A DNA stretch of 57,003 bases, the filler included, from Platydemus manokwari (taxonomy: Eukaryota), in the NCBI GenBank assembly GCA_037951405.1. It is 6 parts of 6 records of this genome, joined end to end, with 100 filler letters (N's around TTAATTAATTAA, not from the genome) between each part and the next. Parts side by side here need not be neighbours in the genome. Positions count along the whole stretch, not along the records: positions 19,760 to 28,505 come from JBBMOY011356538.1; positions 28,606 to 38,376 come from JBBMOY011207099.1; 4 more parts are not named here. The stretch is one strand, 5' to 3'. Under the pieces are notes generated by a model. That model was not told the origin of the DNA. It searched no databases and was given only the letters and a program-made list of their open reading frames with translations. Position numbers and translations under genes: made by a program. Below are positions 23,902 through 36,500 of this stretch, piece by piece (the first letter of the stretch is position 1; every line of letters starts with the position of its first letter).

Positions 23902-23973
23902 ACAATTAGCATAAATACACAAAAAGTCACTGTCAACGTGGATTCAGGATCTAGTGCTACAATTATATCCTAA
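23902..23973 (+). mobile_element. Retropepsin (retroviral-type aspartic protease) remnant
   Basis: TISINTQKVTVNVDSGSSATIIS* contains the D[ST]G active-site motif in typical retropepsin context. Confidence 0.65.
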
Positions 23974-25624
23974 ATTTGCTAACCAAAAAGGAATAAGTTT
24001 CAAACGGGAATATATGAAGAGGAAACAAAGGTCAAGACACATTTCAACCATGCATTTCAATATTATTAGAAATAGTAGAAAAAGCTACTTCGAATGTGGG
24101 GAACCAACCAGGCCATTTTGACCAAACCAAAGTATAAAATAAATAGAAATAATAATATATAAATTTTTTTCAAAAAAGACAAACATATCCATAAAATTTT
24201 TAAAATGCACAAAAACTAATCGACACTAAGGTCATTAGGAAAAACCGCATTGAAATCTAAAAATAGAACTTACGATATACGGAAAACAGAAATAACAATA
24301 CTAGTTGCTAAAAATAGACTATAATACTAAAAATAGCAACTTATGCTGTACATATTCTCAAATTAGTAATATATGCTACTAAGCATAGAATGTTACCAAA
24401 AATAGCAAAACTGTATAAAAGCAAATAGCAATAGTCATTTAGCGCACTTTATCGACAGGCACAATTGTATGACAATTTCGACGAAGCTTATTATTAATAC
24501 GCTTATTATTATGCGTTTAATGAGTAAATTTGTTATTTTAATTAAATTTAGACTCACGGCTAATTTTAGCCTTGTGGTCTGTTAAAATCTCTAAGCACAA
24601 CTGAACAACTCCACACTTTCATTTTTTGTTTAAATTCTTGCCCAGCCAACTAAGCGACACGCACTTTACTGTTACTTGAAGATGAAGAATCTTTTGCTCC
24701 AAAAATAGTGTACATCTATCTTGAAGTTTTGTAAAATAATTGTATTTAAATTATTGTTTATTCATTTGGTGATTAATATATTTTATTTTGTTATTTTTCC
24801 CCTTATTAGTTATATTTTATTTTTTTATTATTTATATTTTAAATATTATCTTTATTATATTACCCGAGCGTAAAAGAAGCAACAACCTTATCTGTCTTGA
24901 GTTTACATAAGTTGAAGATTTTAGAGTGATAGCTAAGCGTCATTATATATATTTCATATCCTTCTGATAATCTCACACGTATACATTAATATCTTTTTAC
25001 AAATTGTACGGAAATCTGTCAGGAATTTTAAAAGAATGGAAATTATTTAAATTTTAATTTCATAGAAACCGTGTGCCTTAACACAATATTATGATAAACC
25101 ATCCTAAATGAATCACGTTAATCCAGACACTTCACAATAATGGAAAACGACTATATAAATACGTTGAAATCACATTTTATGTCCACAAAAACAACAAAAA
25201 ATGATAAATTTGACAATTATCCTAATAGCCCTGATGTTCAGAGGAATAACGGTAGCAGAGACGAAGCACAGTTCTAACACAAAAAATACTTGGTCCCAAA
25301 CCAGGCTGAAGCCATCGAATGTCATTTGTTGCGTAAGCTTGAAGAGTTCAAAATCAGGATGCAGAGTGCAAAAGAAAAGATTGGAGATCTGAAAAAAGAA
25401 CCACAGGAAATGAAAACTACGAACTGAGATGAAAAAGCAGGTAAAATAACTAAATAAAAATGCTAATGAGATTTTTGCTTTTCGTATTTTTAGAGATAAC
25501 GAAATCAATCCCCATTGACTAAAAATAATTCCCCCCTATTAAACCCCAGTGCTCACAAAGATAGTCCGAGGCTCAAAATCGCTCTGAAACCATTATTACC
25601 AATTTGTTACAGAAGGGAATCAAA

Positions 25625-25710
25625 ACAGAAACAATCTACAAGCTCAGCCTCAGCCTCAACAATATCATATGTATATCAAAAGATCAAGTCTCAATCGCCT
25701 CATCAATCAA
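25625..25710 (+). repeat. Dispersed repeat; second copy at ~56915-57003
   Basis: ACAAGCTCAGCCTCA.CCTCAACAATATCAT.T.TATATCAA.AGAT.AAG.CTCAATC occurs in both places. Confidence 0.85.
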
Positions 25711-26094
25711 TCTCCTCCTATCAAAGTCTACAATGGAAGGTAGACATGGATAAATAACTATTACATTTTACTTTTTGTGATTATTTTTGAATTATCTGAC
25801 TGTACCTTTTGTGAATCTGATTCTTTAATCGTGCATGAAAAAATTGTATTTTTGATCTTGATTTATGGAGTATAAAGCCACTTAAATTTAAAATTACTGA
25901 GATCTTTGGTATAAAGACAGAAGCGTTTGTATGACGATATCATTTCGCTACATAATATATAAAACTAAAATCGTTTCTAAATTAGTTTCTCGTCCGAAGT
26001 ATTTGAAGAAATTTCTCTCAAGACACTCGATGCATATGAATCATTTATGCAACTAAACATCAAGCCAGAAGAAGAGCAACTCAATACATTATAC

Positions 26095-26400
26095 ATAGCG
26101 GCATTCTATATGGATACTTTGGAAATAATCACGGAATAAATTCCGATAACCACTATTTGCTCCATCTCAATTCTCGATCAAACGGGGCAACTATTAATCG
26201 ATTCATTAATTACTCCACGAAATTACGTCAGACACTACAGAAAAGATGTCCACAAATTGGATGAAGAAAAACTTATCAATCAATGAGACCAAGCAGAAGC
26301 ATATGAAAAAATCAAGAAAATAATTGATCAAAAAGTCTTTATAGGCTTTCAAGTAGCAGACATAATAAAAGCTCTAGCGTTCCCTACAAATCACGAATAA
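26095..26400 (+). pseudogene. Degenerate DEDDh 3'-5' exonuclease domain (REX4/ISG20-like), probably transposon-borne
   Basis: IAAFYMDTLE...*...ICSISILDQTGQLLIDSLITPRNYVRHYRKDVHKLDEEKLINQ*DQAEAYEKIKKIIDQKVFIGFQVADIIKAL follows the pattern SIV...G..L.D..V.P...V.DYRT.V.G...ILVGH...D..AL; two internal stops, no introns. Confidence 0.6.
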
Positions 26401-28505
26401 ACATTGAATTTACGATTTAATTATTTGTATACATAATTGTGTAAGTTATATAAATAATGTATTTTTTACTGAATGATTGTACCGAAGCTTATTCGGGTAT
26501 TTCTTTATGAATAAGCTTTCATTGAAAAAGACTGTTGACACAAATAAAATATCATTATCAATAAGCGATCATCTGTACTCAGAGTCTCGTGCTATTTGTT
26601 TGAAGAATTGAAGATAAATTCAAGTGATACTTTTATATTCCAAGTGAAAGTAGAGTGATAAGTTGACTTTATTAACTCGTTAATAGTTTATATACCAATT
26701 TTCGAATAAGGAGTAAACGTTTTAGATTCGTCCCTTACTTAACGTTCATTCCAAGTTATTATTTTAAATAGAATTTCTAACAGCAGAAATAATTTTAGTT
26801 ATCATAGAACTTATCCTATTTGAAAAAGAAAATAACAAACATTTACATATCTACTACATAGCTGATTAATTAAAAATTGTGAGACTGTTAGAATTATTAC
26901 TTACGATGTTCCAGCATTAACTCGGGCATGATTGTCAATAAATATATCTAAGAAATTATATTTAAATTGACTCCTTGTGTACAGAGTTATTGGAGCAATG
27001 AAAATTTAATTTATTAATAATGAACAATAAGATTTGCTAAATGAAAGTATTTGCAATTAAGTGATAAAGTTCTTTACCAGAGAAATATTTAAATTTCCTT
27101 ATAAATAAAATTCTTAGTAAGGTTGGGTACAGAAATACCCCGAAATAATAATATTAAAATATATAAAATTTAATATAAATAGCAAGAACAAAATAAATAT
27201 AAATAATAAATCCTAAAAAAAGAATAGATAAATTATTAAATATAAAAATATAACAATAACATAGAATTTCCTAAAAATAAGATACAAAAATAGATGAAAA
27301 ACACGATGAAACCCTAACCTTTTTATTTTATTTTTTTAAATTTATACACAACTTATTTACAGTTAAAAGCTACATAAATTCATATAAATCACTAGAGAAA
27401 ATTATGAGGAATAAAAATTAAAATTGATTATTGAAGTAAAATATCACTCCAATAAATTATATTTATTGATTTAAGATTTTATTCCATTCGTTGGCTAATT
27501 AAAAAGAATCCATGGGTAAAAATAATATCCTTTTATTAAGATAAATGTTTCATTGTAAGACCCTTTATATGCGTTCAGTGGTGTTACAGAACCATCAAAT
27601 ATATAGCAACATGACTCTTGTTCAGGAAGAAGAGATCATAATTGTTGACAAATTTCATGTATCGCGGCTTCAAATTAGTTTATCCAGACTTTGATTAATT
27701 TACTATTTTATTGACGACAATCTAATAATCTAACTTTATTAATATTCAATTATATTAAAATTAATGTATCCACGAAGTTTTATTCATAAAGATCTCAAGT
27801 AAGGTATATCTTCATTTATATCCTAAGTAAGCAACCCAACTGATCCTTAAAAACAATATAAAGTATATGGAGGAACAGGTTATCTAAACTAAATGCAATG
27901 TGTCCAGATTATCTAGTTTAACATAATGAACTAAGAGTTTTGTTACAACCAGTAAGCACTAATAAATTTAACCGAAAAAATAAATTCAATATAAAAATTA
28001 AATAAGGGGATATAGCTGTCAAAAATTCTAAAATAAAAGACTACATATTTATCATAATAGCTATTGATTATCCGACAAAAAAGCTGTCACAATTTGAAGT
28101 TAAATCACTAAGATACTCATTTAAATTTTTTATTCTGTAATATTTCATCAACCAATTTATTATTACATTTAGAAATAATTAGTAAAGCATCAGTTTTGTT
28201 ATAAACAACGTATTGAATCAACTACTAATTTTAAAATTGATCTATAACTTTTTGGAAATTGATCATGGGTACTGCATTCGCAGTGCTAAAATAAAAAATT
28301 TAACTCAATTAATTAAACATTATCTTTTACTCTTCTTACCAGTTAGAGTGCAACATATATTCTGTGGTTGCAATCTGCTTTTGGGTAAATATTATTTTGT
28401 TGAATAAATTTCATAGTAATTTTGATATTAATTAGAAATCGTTGATATCATCATAATTATTATTTGTTTGATATAATTTAAGTGAAATTATGTTTATTTT
28501 AATAA

Positions 28506-28605
28506 NNNNNNNNNNNNNNNNNNNNNNNNNNNNNNNNNNNNNNNNNNNNTTAATTAATTAANNNNNNNNNNNNNNNNNNNNNNNNNNNNNNNNNNNNNNN
28601 NNNNN
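28506..28605. other. Artificial contig-joining linker
   Basis: 44 N + TTAATTAATTAA + 44 N. Confidence 0.97.
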
Positions 28606-30379
28606 TATTTTACTGTTGTCTAAAGGTTAGAACAGTAATTAGATTGATTGTTACAAGGAATTGACGATTTCTTTATAGCAGCTGGTTTACATACGTACAA
28701 AATAATATATTAATAGTTAATAAATCAATAATTATTGAAGTTACAGATATTAAGAATGAGATGGTTTGTTATAAAAATGTATTTACGAAAAATGAAGAAA
28801 ACAGCGAACAATAAAACTACAAAAAGATTTTGTCAAATTCTGCAAAAAACATTACGCAAGTAGTTTACTGCGTAATATCCGTATACTGGATTTCGGAAAT
28901 AAGTGTTAATTATAAAAATAATTAAATCAGAATTAATTAGACTATGTGTATGAACAAAAATAACAATAATTTAAACTACGATTATTATAAGAATTAACTT
29001 CGCAGCAAAATACCGAATTCCTAGAAATTATTAACTTCCTCGTTAGATAATTTGTGGTGGTTTTCTCAAACTACTATCTGCTTTTATAATTTTATTTTTG
29101 TGCCATTCATGTGATGGCGCCATTTTTTTAAAAAAAATTATGTATTGGTACTGCATAGTGGCCGTTACTATTTTTATTTTGCTATTATTATATGATCTGT
29201 TATTCTTTTTTCCCATCAGATTAGATCAGATATTTTATTTTATTCTTGTTTAAACCTGATTTTTCTTAAAATATCGCGTCATTGTGCAGGATAATAACAA
29301 CTCATTTTTTATTTCACCATTTTAGTGGTGGGATTTTTCTTAAAGTTAAATAATGGTTAAGACGACAGTGATCAGATCAGTTTAGTTCAACAATCCGACC
29401 CAATAAAGCCACATTCCATCCTCAAGCTACCTGAGAGGCGAACATAGATATTCAATAATATTCGATATCGATTTAGAGATCCTTTGCTGACATTTGTTTC
29501 TTATTTTGTCGATTATCTTTAAATCTGGCAATGTTAATTGAATTGTGATAATCGTTTATTATTTTTATTCTTATGACAATTATTATAATTCTTTTTCATT
29601 GATAATTTTTTCATATTCTTGTCTTGTGAACAATTGAGATTTATTGTTCTATTTATATTTAATCGATAATTTCATTAATTTTGAAAATTTTCATTTTGTG
29701 TTTGATTGTGATAATTATCCGAAAACATAAACATAATAAAATCTATAAGAATATACCGATATTTTTAGCATCGAAAATGTTAAATGACATTGTAAAGCGA
29801 CAATTAAATATCAAATGAATTATTAACTGCAGATCAAAATGGAAATTAATAATAATATTTAGCAATAAAACAAGAATTGATTATGATAGTTGGCCATTAA
29901 AAGAAAAATAATTATTGAACGAATTATTCACTGCAAAGGATTATAAAAGTTGTCGACAGTGGAGAGAAACTCACTCATAATTTTTAGATTCGAAATTCTT
30001 GGATTCAAGAAATTTGTGAATGGGCCTTGAAATTAAAAATGGACTCATTACAATTATATATGTTAATTATTTTTTTATTATCATATTTTTATCTTCCCAT
30101 TTTCTTTTGAGAACTATTAGAAGTTAAATTATCAACAGATTCCTTGGACATAACCTTCACAAATTGTTTATTGGCAAATATAAAACACCAATATAAGAAA
30201 AAATGAAAGACAGCCTGGTTCAAAGATTGATTACTCATACGATAGCTTGATTACATCATACATCAATTTAGAAAATATCACTATATTATATAATGTCTCC
30301 TGATGAACATTTTTTACATCTATGTTAAAGATAGTAGTGAAAAATAAAGCAATTAAATAAGAAATAAGGCAAAATAACT

Positions 30380-30800
30380 AAGTTTCCACATCAATTAAAA
30401 TTACACACATAATATCAACACAATGTTAAATGATTGTCAGTGAAGACAACACATGTCGGATTGACCCACAGTCATTCACCATCTTATCCATAAACATTTT
30501 CGATGTGGGCACTTTAAAACTTCTTTAATTAAATCCTTTAATTATTAGATCTTTTTCCATACTTATATAATATACTGGAAATTGTACTCCAATTTGAAAT
30601 TTGTTTCCACAGCTTTATTAAAGCGATCAACTGTAAATAGATTGCCAAAATTTGAAACAACTTATACATTATCACATACTGCTCGTATTATGTCATTCTT
30701 ATCTTTTCCCCATATTTGATGAAATTTCTGAACTTGCGCCTTCAATATCTTCAATGTGACAACATCATTTAATAGCGAAATATAAGATCTAAACTTCACA
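30380..30800 (-). mobile_element. Possible LINE RT remnant
   Basis: Frameshifted minus-strand fragments ISLLN, FGNLFTVDR, KLWK and FNIVL occur in the order expected for LINE RT. Confidence 0.35.
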
Positions 30801-31407
30801 ATAAGATCCGTAGACTGCAAACCAACTTATAAAGAAAATCATCAATTGATTCAAAATCTAAGGATTTCATCCAGTTTTGATTGTGGTCTTTATTAAATCA
30901 CATTGTTGAATCCACCTGTGTTGTTTACGTTTACCTTTTATTACAATATCATGGGTTTATCAGAGTGAGTAGAAATGTTTGATTTGGTACGAATTGTTAT
31001 TTGAAAGGTTTTTTGGGAAAATAGGTTACGTATTTTCTCAAATTTTTATTTCGAAATAATTATGTGAAAAACTATCATTTTAGAAACAAATATTTATGTT
31101 GTAAAAAGTACCGTGAAATTATGCAATCGAGTTATCAGTGAAATAATGTAAACATTAAAAATAAAATGATAATAATAGCTGAATGACCCAATGAAAATCG
31201 AATGGAATTTTATATTAAAGTGTTGTCTAAAAATTCCTTCAAAAAATTATTCACAACAACAGTGTTCTCACCGATTCAATTTTGGAATCGATTACACAAA
31301 ATGTACTAAAAATTGCATAATGAAATATTTGGTTAAGTTACTAATAAATATATAGAAAATCATAAATTATTGAAAGAACAAAATTTTTCATTATTGAATT
31401 CTTCAAA

Positions 31408-33501
31408 ATGGAAAAATCTAATTATTTTGTACATCGACCTATATATTCATACGAAGAATTGGCTAATGCATATAGTGAAGAGAAAACGAGATTTAGCATC
31501 CTTCAATCATTGAAATCAAAAGTGCGTTGTCAAAAACCATCAATGAAGTCTATATTGAAAAACATCATTCCTTTCCCATTTATAATGACTTCATTTTACA
31601 GCTATCGATTTTTAGTGTTTGATCTAATAGCAGGATTTACTATGCTTATTTTTCATATTCCTCAAGGAATGGCTTACGGCTTGCTAGCTGGTCTGCAGCC
31701 AATCAATGGACTTTATGCATCTTTTATTCCACCATTAATTTATTTGCTGTTTGGTACATCTCGTCATCTATCAATTGGTACATTTTCTATTATAGCGATT
31801 CTGGCAAGTGTTCCAGTTTATCGAGAAGCAACTTTAGAAGTAATAACAAATGGCCATGATATTGTTAATGGATCATCATCTAAGGTAATAAATGACCCAT
31901 TATTCGAATCAACCAAGTTAAAAATATCAGTGACTACAACCATGCTAGCAGGTTTATTTCAATTGATAATGGGGTTTTGTAAATTCGGAAGATTAATGAA
32001 TTATGTCAGCGATGCCATGATTGCTGGATTTACATCAGCTACTGCTTTCCATGTATTGGCTTCGCAGCTAGGAGAAATACTTGGATACTCGGTTCCTCGC
32101 TACACCGGGGTCGGAGAACTTCCTTACAAATTGTTCCTATTTGGGATGAAAATTAATCACATTCATTGGATAACTATAGGAATCTCCGCTACTTGCATTA
32201 TTATTTTATTCTTATTTTCCGAATTAATAAATCCCTTATTTCTGAAGAAATTCAAATTTCCCATTCCAATTCAATTTGTTCTTGTTGTTGTGGCAACGGG
32301 AGTGTCTTATTATTTTAGAATTTCTCAAAGGCTTTCCGTAAAAATTGTCGGACCAATTCCAAGTGGATTACCAGCTTTATTGATTCCTGATGTTACATTA
32401 ATGCCACGAGTGGTACTAGATGCTTTGGTACTAGCATTAGTTGCTTTTGTTATAAATAGTGCCTTAGTAAAGATTTATGCCCTAGAATTTAATTATAATG
32501 TTGATTTCAATCAAGAACTGGTATCATATGGATTGACAAACGTATTTAGCTCTTTTTTCCAATGTATGATGTCAGCTGGATCATTGGCACGCTCTGCTGT
32601 TGTTGTTCAAGTGGGTATGAAATCTCAAGTGGCTACTATCTTTTCTTGTATTTTCATGGTTTTTGTTTTGCTTTTTATAAACCCTTTGTTTCAATATGTG
32701 CCTAGTTGTGTTTTGTCAGCGATAATCATCGTCTCTCTTAAAACTATGATCATGAAAATTACTGCAATTCCATCGCTATATCGATTATCTAAGTTTGACT
32801 TTAACGTCTGGATTTTTACATTTTTATCGACTATATTTTTAAATGTTCCCATTGGTTTGACTTGTGGTTTCGTTTTCAGCTTACTCACAATAGTTATACG
32901 CATGCAAAATCCAAAATCCCACCTTTTGGGTCAACTACCTAACTCAGACATATATAAAGATATTAGATCATTTAGATGCGCCCAGGAAATACCGAAAGTG
33001 AAAATATTTCGCTTCGAAGCTCCGCTTTATTTTGCGAATGCTGAACATTTCAAAATGAAGCTTATTAAGAAGACTAATATTCCACTTTTTGAATCCAATA
33101 AACAATTAGAACAATCTGACAGAATTGTATCACTCACGGAAACTATGGATACATCTGCAAAAGGTGATATTAAGAATACCAATAAAATTTATCAAGATTC
33201 TAATGACAATATTACATCCATTAATGTAGATATTACCCAACCACAATCTTGTGTTAAATTCGTTATCATCGATTTCAGTTCAATAAACTATATCGATAAT
33301 GTAGCAATTAGAGTTTTAAATGATATTTATTCAGTATTCCGGAATTTGGGAATTGCGATGCTGATTGCAGCTCCGAACAATAATACAAGGCATATGTTAA
33401 AAAAGTCCAAATTTGCTGCAGATGATTTGAATAAAATTATGTTCGTTAGCATTCACGATGCAGTACTATACACTATGATAAATGGAGATGTGATAGAATA
33501 A
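31408..33501 (+). CDS. SLC26A: SLC26/SulP anion transporter (prestin/SLC26A5-A6-like), single-exon ORF with C-terminal STAS domain
   Basis: 697 aa with DLIAGFT...IPQGMAYGLLAGL.PINGLY...FGTSRHLSIG (sulfate transporter signature), NQELV, GSLARSAV, many TM helices and STAS motifs IFRFEAPLYFAN, IIDFSSINYID, FVSIHDAV. Exact paralog cannot be assigned by eye. Confidence 0.96.
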   Translation: MEKSNYFVHRPIYSYEELANAYSEEKTRFSILQSLKSKVRCQKPSMKSILKNIIPFPFIMTSFYSYRFLVFDLIAGFTMLIFHIPQGMAYGLLAGLQPINGLYASFIPPLIYLLFGTSRHLSIGTFSIIAILASVPVYREATLEVITNGHDIVNGSSSKVINDPLFESTKLKISVTTTMLAGLFQLIMGFCKFGRLMNYVSDAMIAGFTSATAFHVLASQLGEILGYSVPRYTGVGELPYKLFLFGMKINHIHWITIGISATCIIILFLFSELINPLFLKKFKFPIPIQFVLVVVATGVSYYFRISQRLSVKIVGPIPSGLPALLIPDVTLMPRVVLDALVLALVAFVINSALVKIYALEFNYNVDFNQELVSYGLTNVFSSFFQCMMSAGSLARSAVVVQVGMKSQVATIFSCIFMVFVLLFINPLFQYVPSCVLSAIIIVSLKTMIMKITAIPSLYRLSKFDFNVWIFTFLSTIFLNVPIGLTCGFVFSLLTIVIRMQNPKSHLLGQLPNSDIYKDIRSFRCAQEIPKVKIFRFEAPLYFANAEHFKMKLIKKTNIPLFESNKQLEQSDRIVSLTETMDTSAKGDIKNTNKIYQDSNDNITSINVDITQPQSCVKFVIIDFSSINYIDNVAIRVLNDIYSVFRNLGIAMLIAAPNNNTRHMLKKSKFAADDLNKIMFVSIHDAVLYTMINGDVIE

Positions 33502-36500
33502 ATATAATTGTTTTGATGTCTTTGATGATATTGGTGTGTATATTTAATTATACATATTAAATTATTCTTCGATTGGTTGATATTTGAAATTATTGATTGT
33601 TATTGGTAAAGGATTATAATTTTGTGAGTAGTAAAGTATAAATATTTTTTTCAATATAAATGAAACATGAACAATTCACGACTGCAGCAGCTGAAAGATA
33701 AAACAAGACTAATAGTTAACACAAATAATTTTAAAAATATTTAACTACAAAGACCGGTTCCACAATAAGTATGTTGACCTAAGATGGTGTAACATGTTTA
33801 CCGAGAACTGATTTTTGTAAGGTTTAAAGTTTCTTACTTAAATATACTGTTCCATGTTTTATTTGACAAATCACTGTTTAATTCTAACAAAAGGTTTCAT
33901 GGATGATTTTGAGTTTCCTCGTTATTCGTTCGGTAGGATATTGAATGTGATAGACTACAGAGTGTATTTTTGATTTACTTATGACAAAGATTATATTTTA
34001 AATAATTCTTAGAAAATTATCTTTCAAATAGCAATTATTTAATTTTCAAGATTTTTATCGAGAATTCGGATTATTGTTTTAATTAAATTTTTATCAGGTA
34101 TGTTAAGATTAAAATGAAATGTTTCATAAAACTTTTGACAATAAATTCTTTAAATTCCAAATCAAAAACACCGTTAAAATCATGAGAAGCTGATTCAGAA
34201 ATCGATCCAAAATGAAAATATATCATCAATGTAAATGGATAATCGAATTAAATGTTCACAACAAAGTGTGTGTGTTCTGCTACCAATATATTGAATATTC
34301 AGTCAAAATAACGCAATTATATTTTAATCAGGGTTTTTGCAAAAGCTAGTCAGATTTCTTCTTATCTCTTAAAGGATTCTCATACAATCTATACAATTTA
34401 TTCAAAAATGTTGATAATGGGGATACCCATACATTAAAATATGGAATGTACATAGTTCTTTCCTTAGATCTTTATATGGATCACAGCTTTGCAGTTCAAT
34501 CACAAAATCAATTCAACATTTCAATCAATTCTGTCTCACGCTGCTTTTATTGATGTTCTCTTTTTCTTAGAATCTTTACTATTTTCTTATGCATCCGTTT
34601 TTGTAGGATTGTGTGTCATTGGCTTGTGTTTATCAAGTTCCAAGAACCCATAAAATCCAAGTGAACACATCCATAGTCCAGTTGTGCGGGCTAATTTGAT
34701 TGCATTTCGGTGGTTCAAGTATTTTTTGATATTCTTCTGAGATATTGTTGCCATAGTGTACGTTCATCTAATGGGCATTTTAAATGTAAGAGAACTATCA
34801 GGAATTATCGGTCATTCGTTAAATGAAGATCCTCCATTATTCTGGATTCTGTAAATTAGCATTCTTTTTCAATAAAAACTCTGTATTTTGCATGGTTAAT
34901 AATTTCCATGACCAATATAGGGTACAAAACGGTAGAATGGTTTGCAGCAGGCGAAATTGTGTGCATGCAATTCCATATAAGGATTTTCTGTATGTCATAC
35001 TTTGTTTTTGTTCAGAATGGAAAGTTTATCTGTTCGTTTGTCTGCGTTTATAAATAAATCTCAAATCAGCAACAGTGAGACACCCAATATAACTACTTCT
35101 GGACACACTGGACTAATAGTTCCCTAGTACCGGATGTAGCACATATTTCTGATTTGATTTGTCAAATTTAATTGCTACATTGTCTCAGCAGTTTTGGTAT
35201 ATCTTTAATTTTCTTTGGTTCCACTAAAGCACTTCCTTCGCGATAGGAGTCATTGACTTAGTTGAGTAAGAACAACTCAATAAGCAAAGTTTCGGTACAC
35301 CAAGGATTTTTTTAGATATTTACTTGTCATCACATCGTGCTATAAATGTATGGTATATGTGATATAGTAATTTTTTGCTAGCAGAACGTTACTTTTGTGT
35401 AACCAAACATCTCAAAGTTCTTCACTTTTTAACATGTTAGTAAAATGTATTTTTCCTGTTTTTCCACTAGAGTTCCCGTGTCAGCGAAGTGTCTATCATT
35501 TATATTAAGCAACTTCAACTTAGAGGTTCACTACTAGGTAGTGAAAGTTCTCATCTGACTGATTTTAAGAATTTTCTACTGGTAGATCATGAGTTCCTCA
35601 GCGTTACTACTTCAATTTAGATTATATAAGTACCATCTTTATGGACATTTGAACTTGGACTCAAGTTGAAACACATGAATCGATGCTTCGTTGATCATAA
35701 TTTGAAGTCAAACTATCTTACCAGGATTAAAAGCTTCTCTTTCTGGTAACAAAAGATTGTTCTATTTGGGCGATTTAATTCGAAAATGTGTTCTTCTGAT
35801 GGAAGTATTGTGCGGAGTTCGGTGGATCTATTTATACAAGCAATAATATTCTTTTTGATTTCCTTTTTAAGTAGAAAATTCAATTTTATATTTGTGTTCT
35901 ATATGAACTATTTGATTATGGGGTTTTTCTTTAATGTTAAGTTGTTGATAATTATTTATATAAAGGGTCATTAGCTTATATTAATTACTAACACTTATCT
36001 CTAATTTATTAATCATGTATTGATGGTGAAACATAAAGTTATTCTAAAGAAATTAATTATTTATCTACTAACTTTTGTTTAAAACATTTATTTTAATTTA
36101 TAAATAAATTCATATTCCATCGAAAAATCTCTTATCATTTCGGAATAAAGATTACATAATATTTGAAAGGAAATACCATATACTTTTATATCATACAAAT
36201 GGAAACTTGTTCTTCTGTACACGATATGATTATCGTTTACGACACGGTCTCTAATATTATTTGATATTATTTATTGTTGAAGAATAATTTAAACTTAATT
36301 CCAAATCAATTGTGATAACGTATAGATATCTAAAGGGCAAATTATTACCCACGAAATAAAAAATTATTATTAATATAATTTATATATATAATTTAATATC
36401 TTATTAATCAGTTCAAATATTCAATGAACTCGATAACTGATATTCATGTACTGATTCGACTAAGATTTGGTCTGACTTTAGTATTTAGAAATCTTCCGTT

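Larger units (their letters stand above)
20560..25010 (+). mobile_element. Decayed LTR retrotransposon bounded by diverged direct repeats (~20560-21325 and ~24270-25010)
   Basis: Shared colinear blocks ATGCTACTAA.CAT.GAATGTTAC, TATATTTTAAATATTATCTTT, GCAACAAC.TTATCT, ATAAGTT.AAGATTTT, CTTCTGATA and TTTTTACAAATTGTA, plus an internal aspartic-protease motif. Boundaries approximate. Confidence 0.55.

Noticed and set aside
34300-35900. Possible decayed transposase on the minus strand
   Set aside because: Coding-like composition but no motif I could identify; needs BLASTX.
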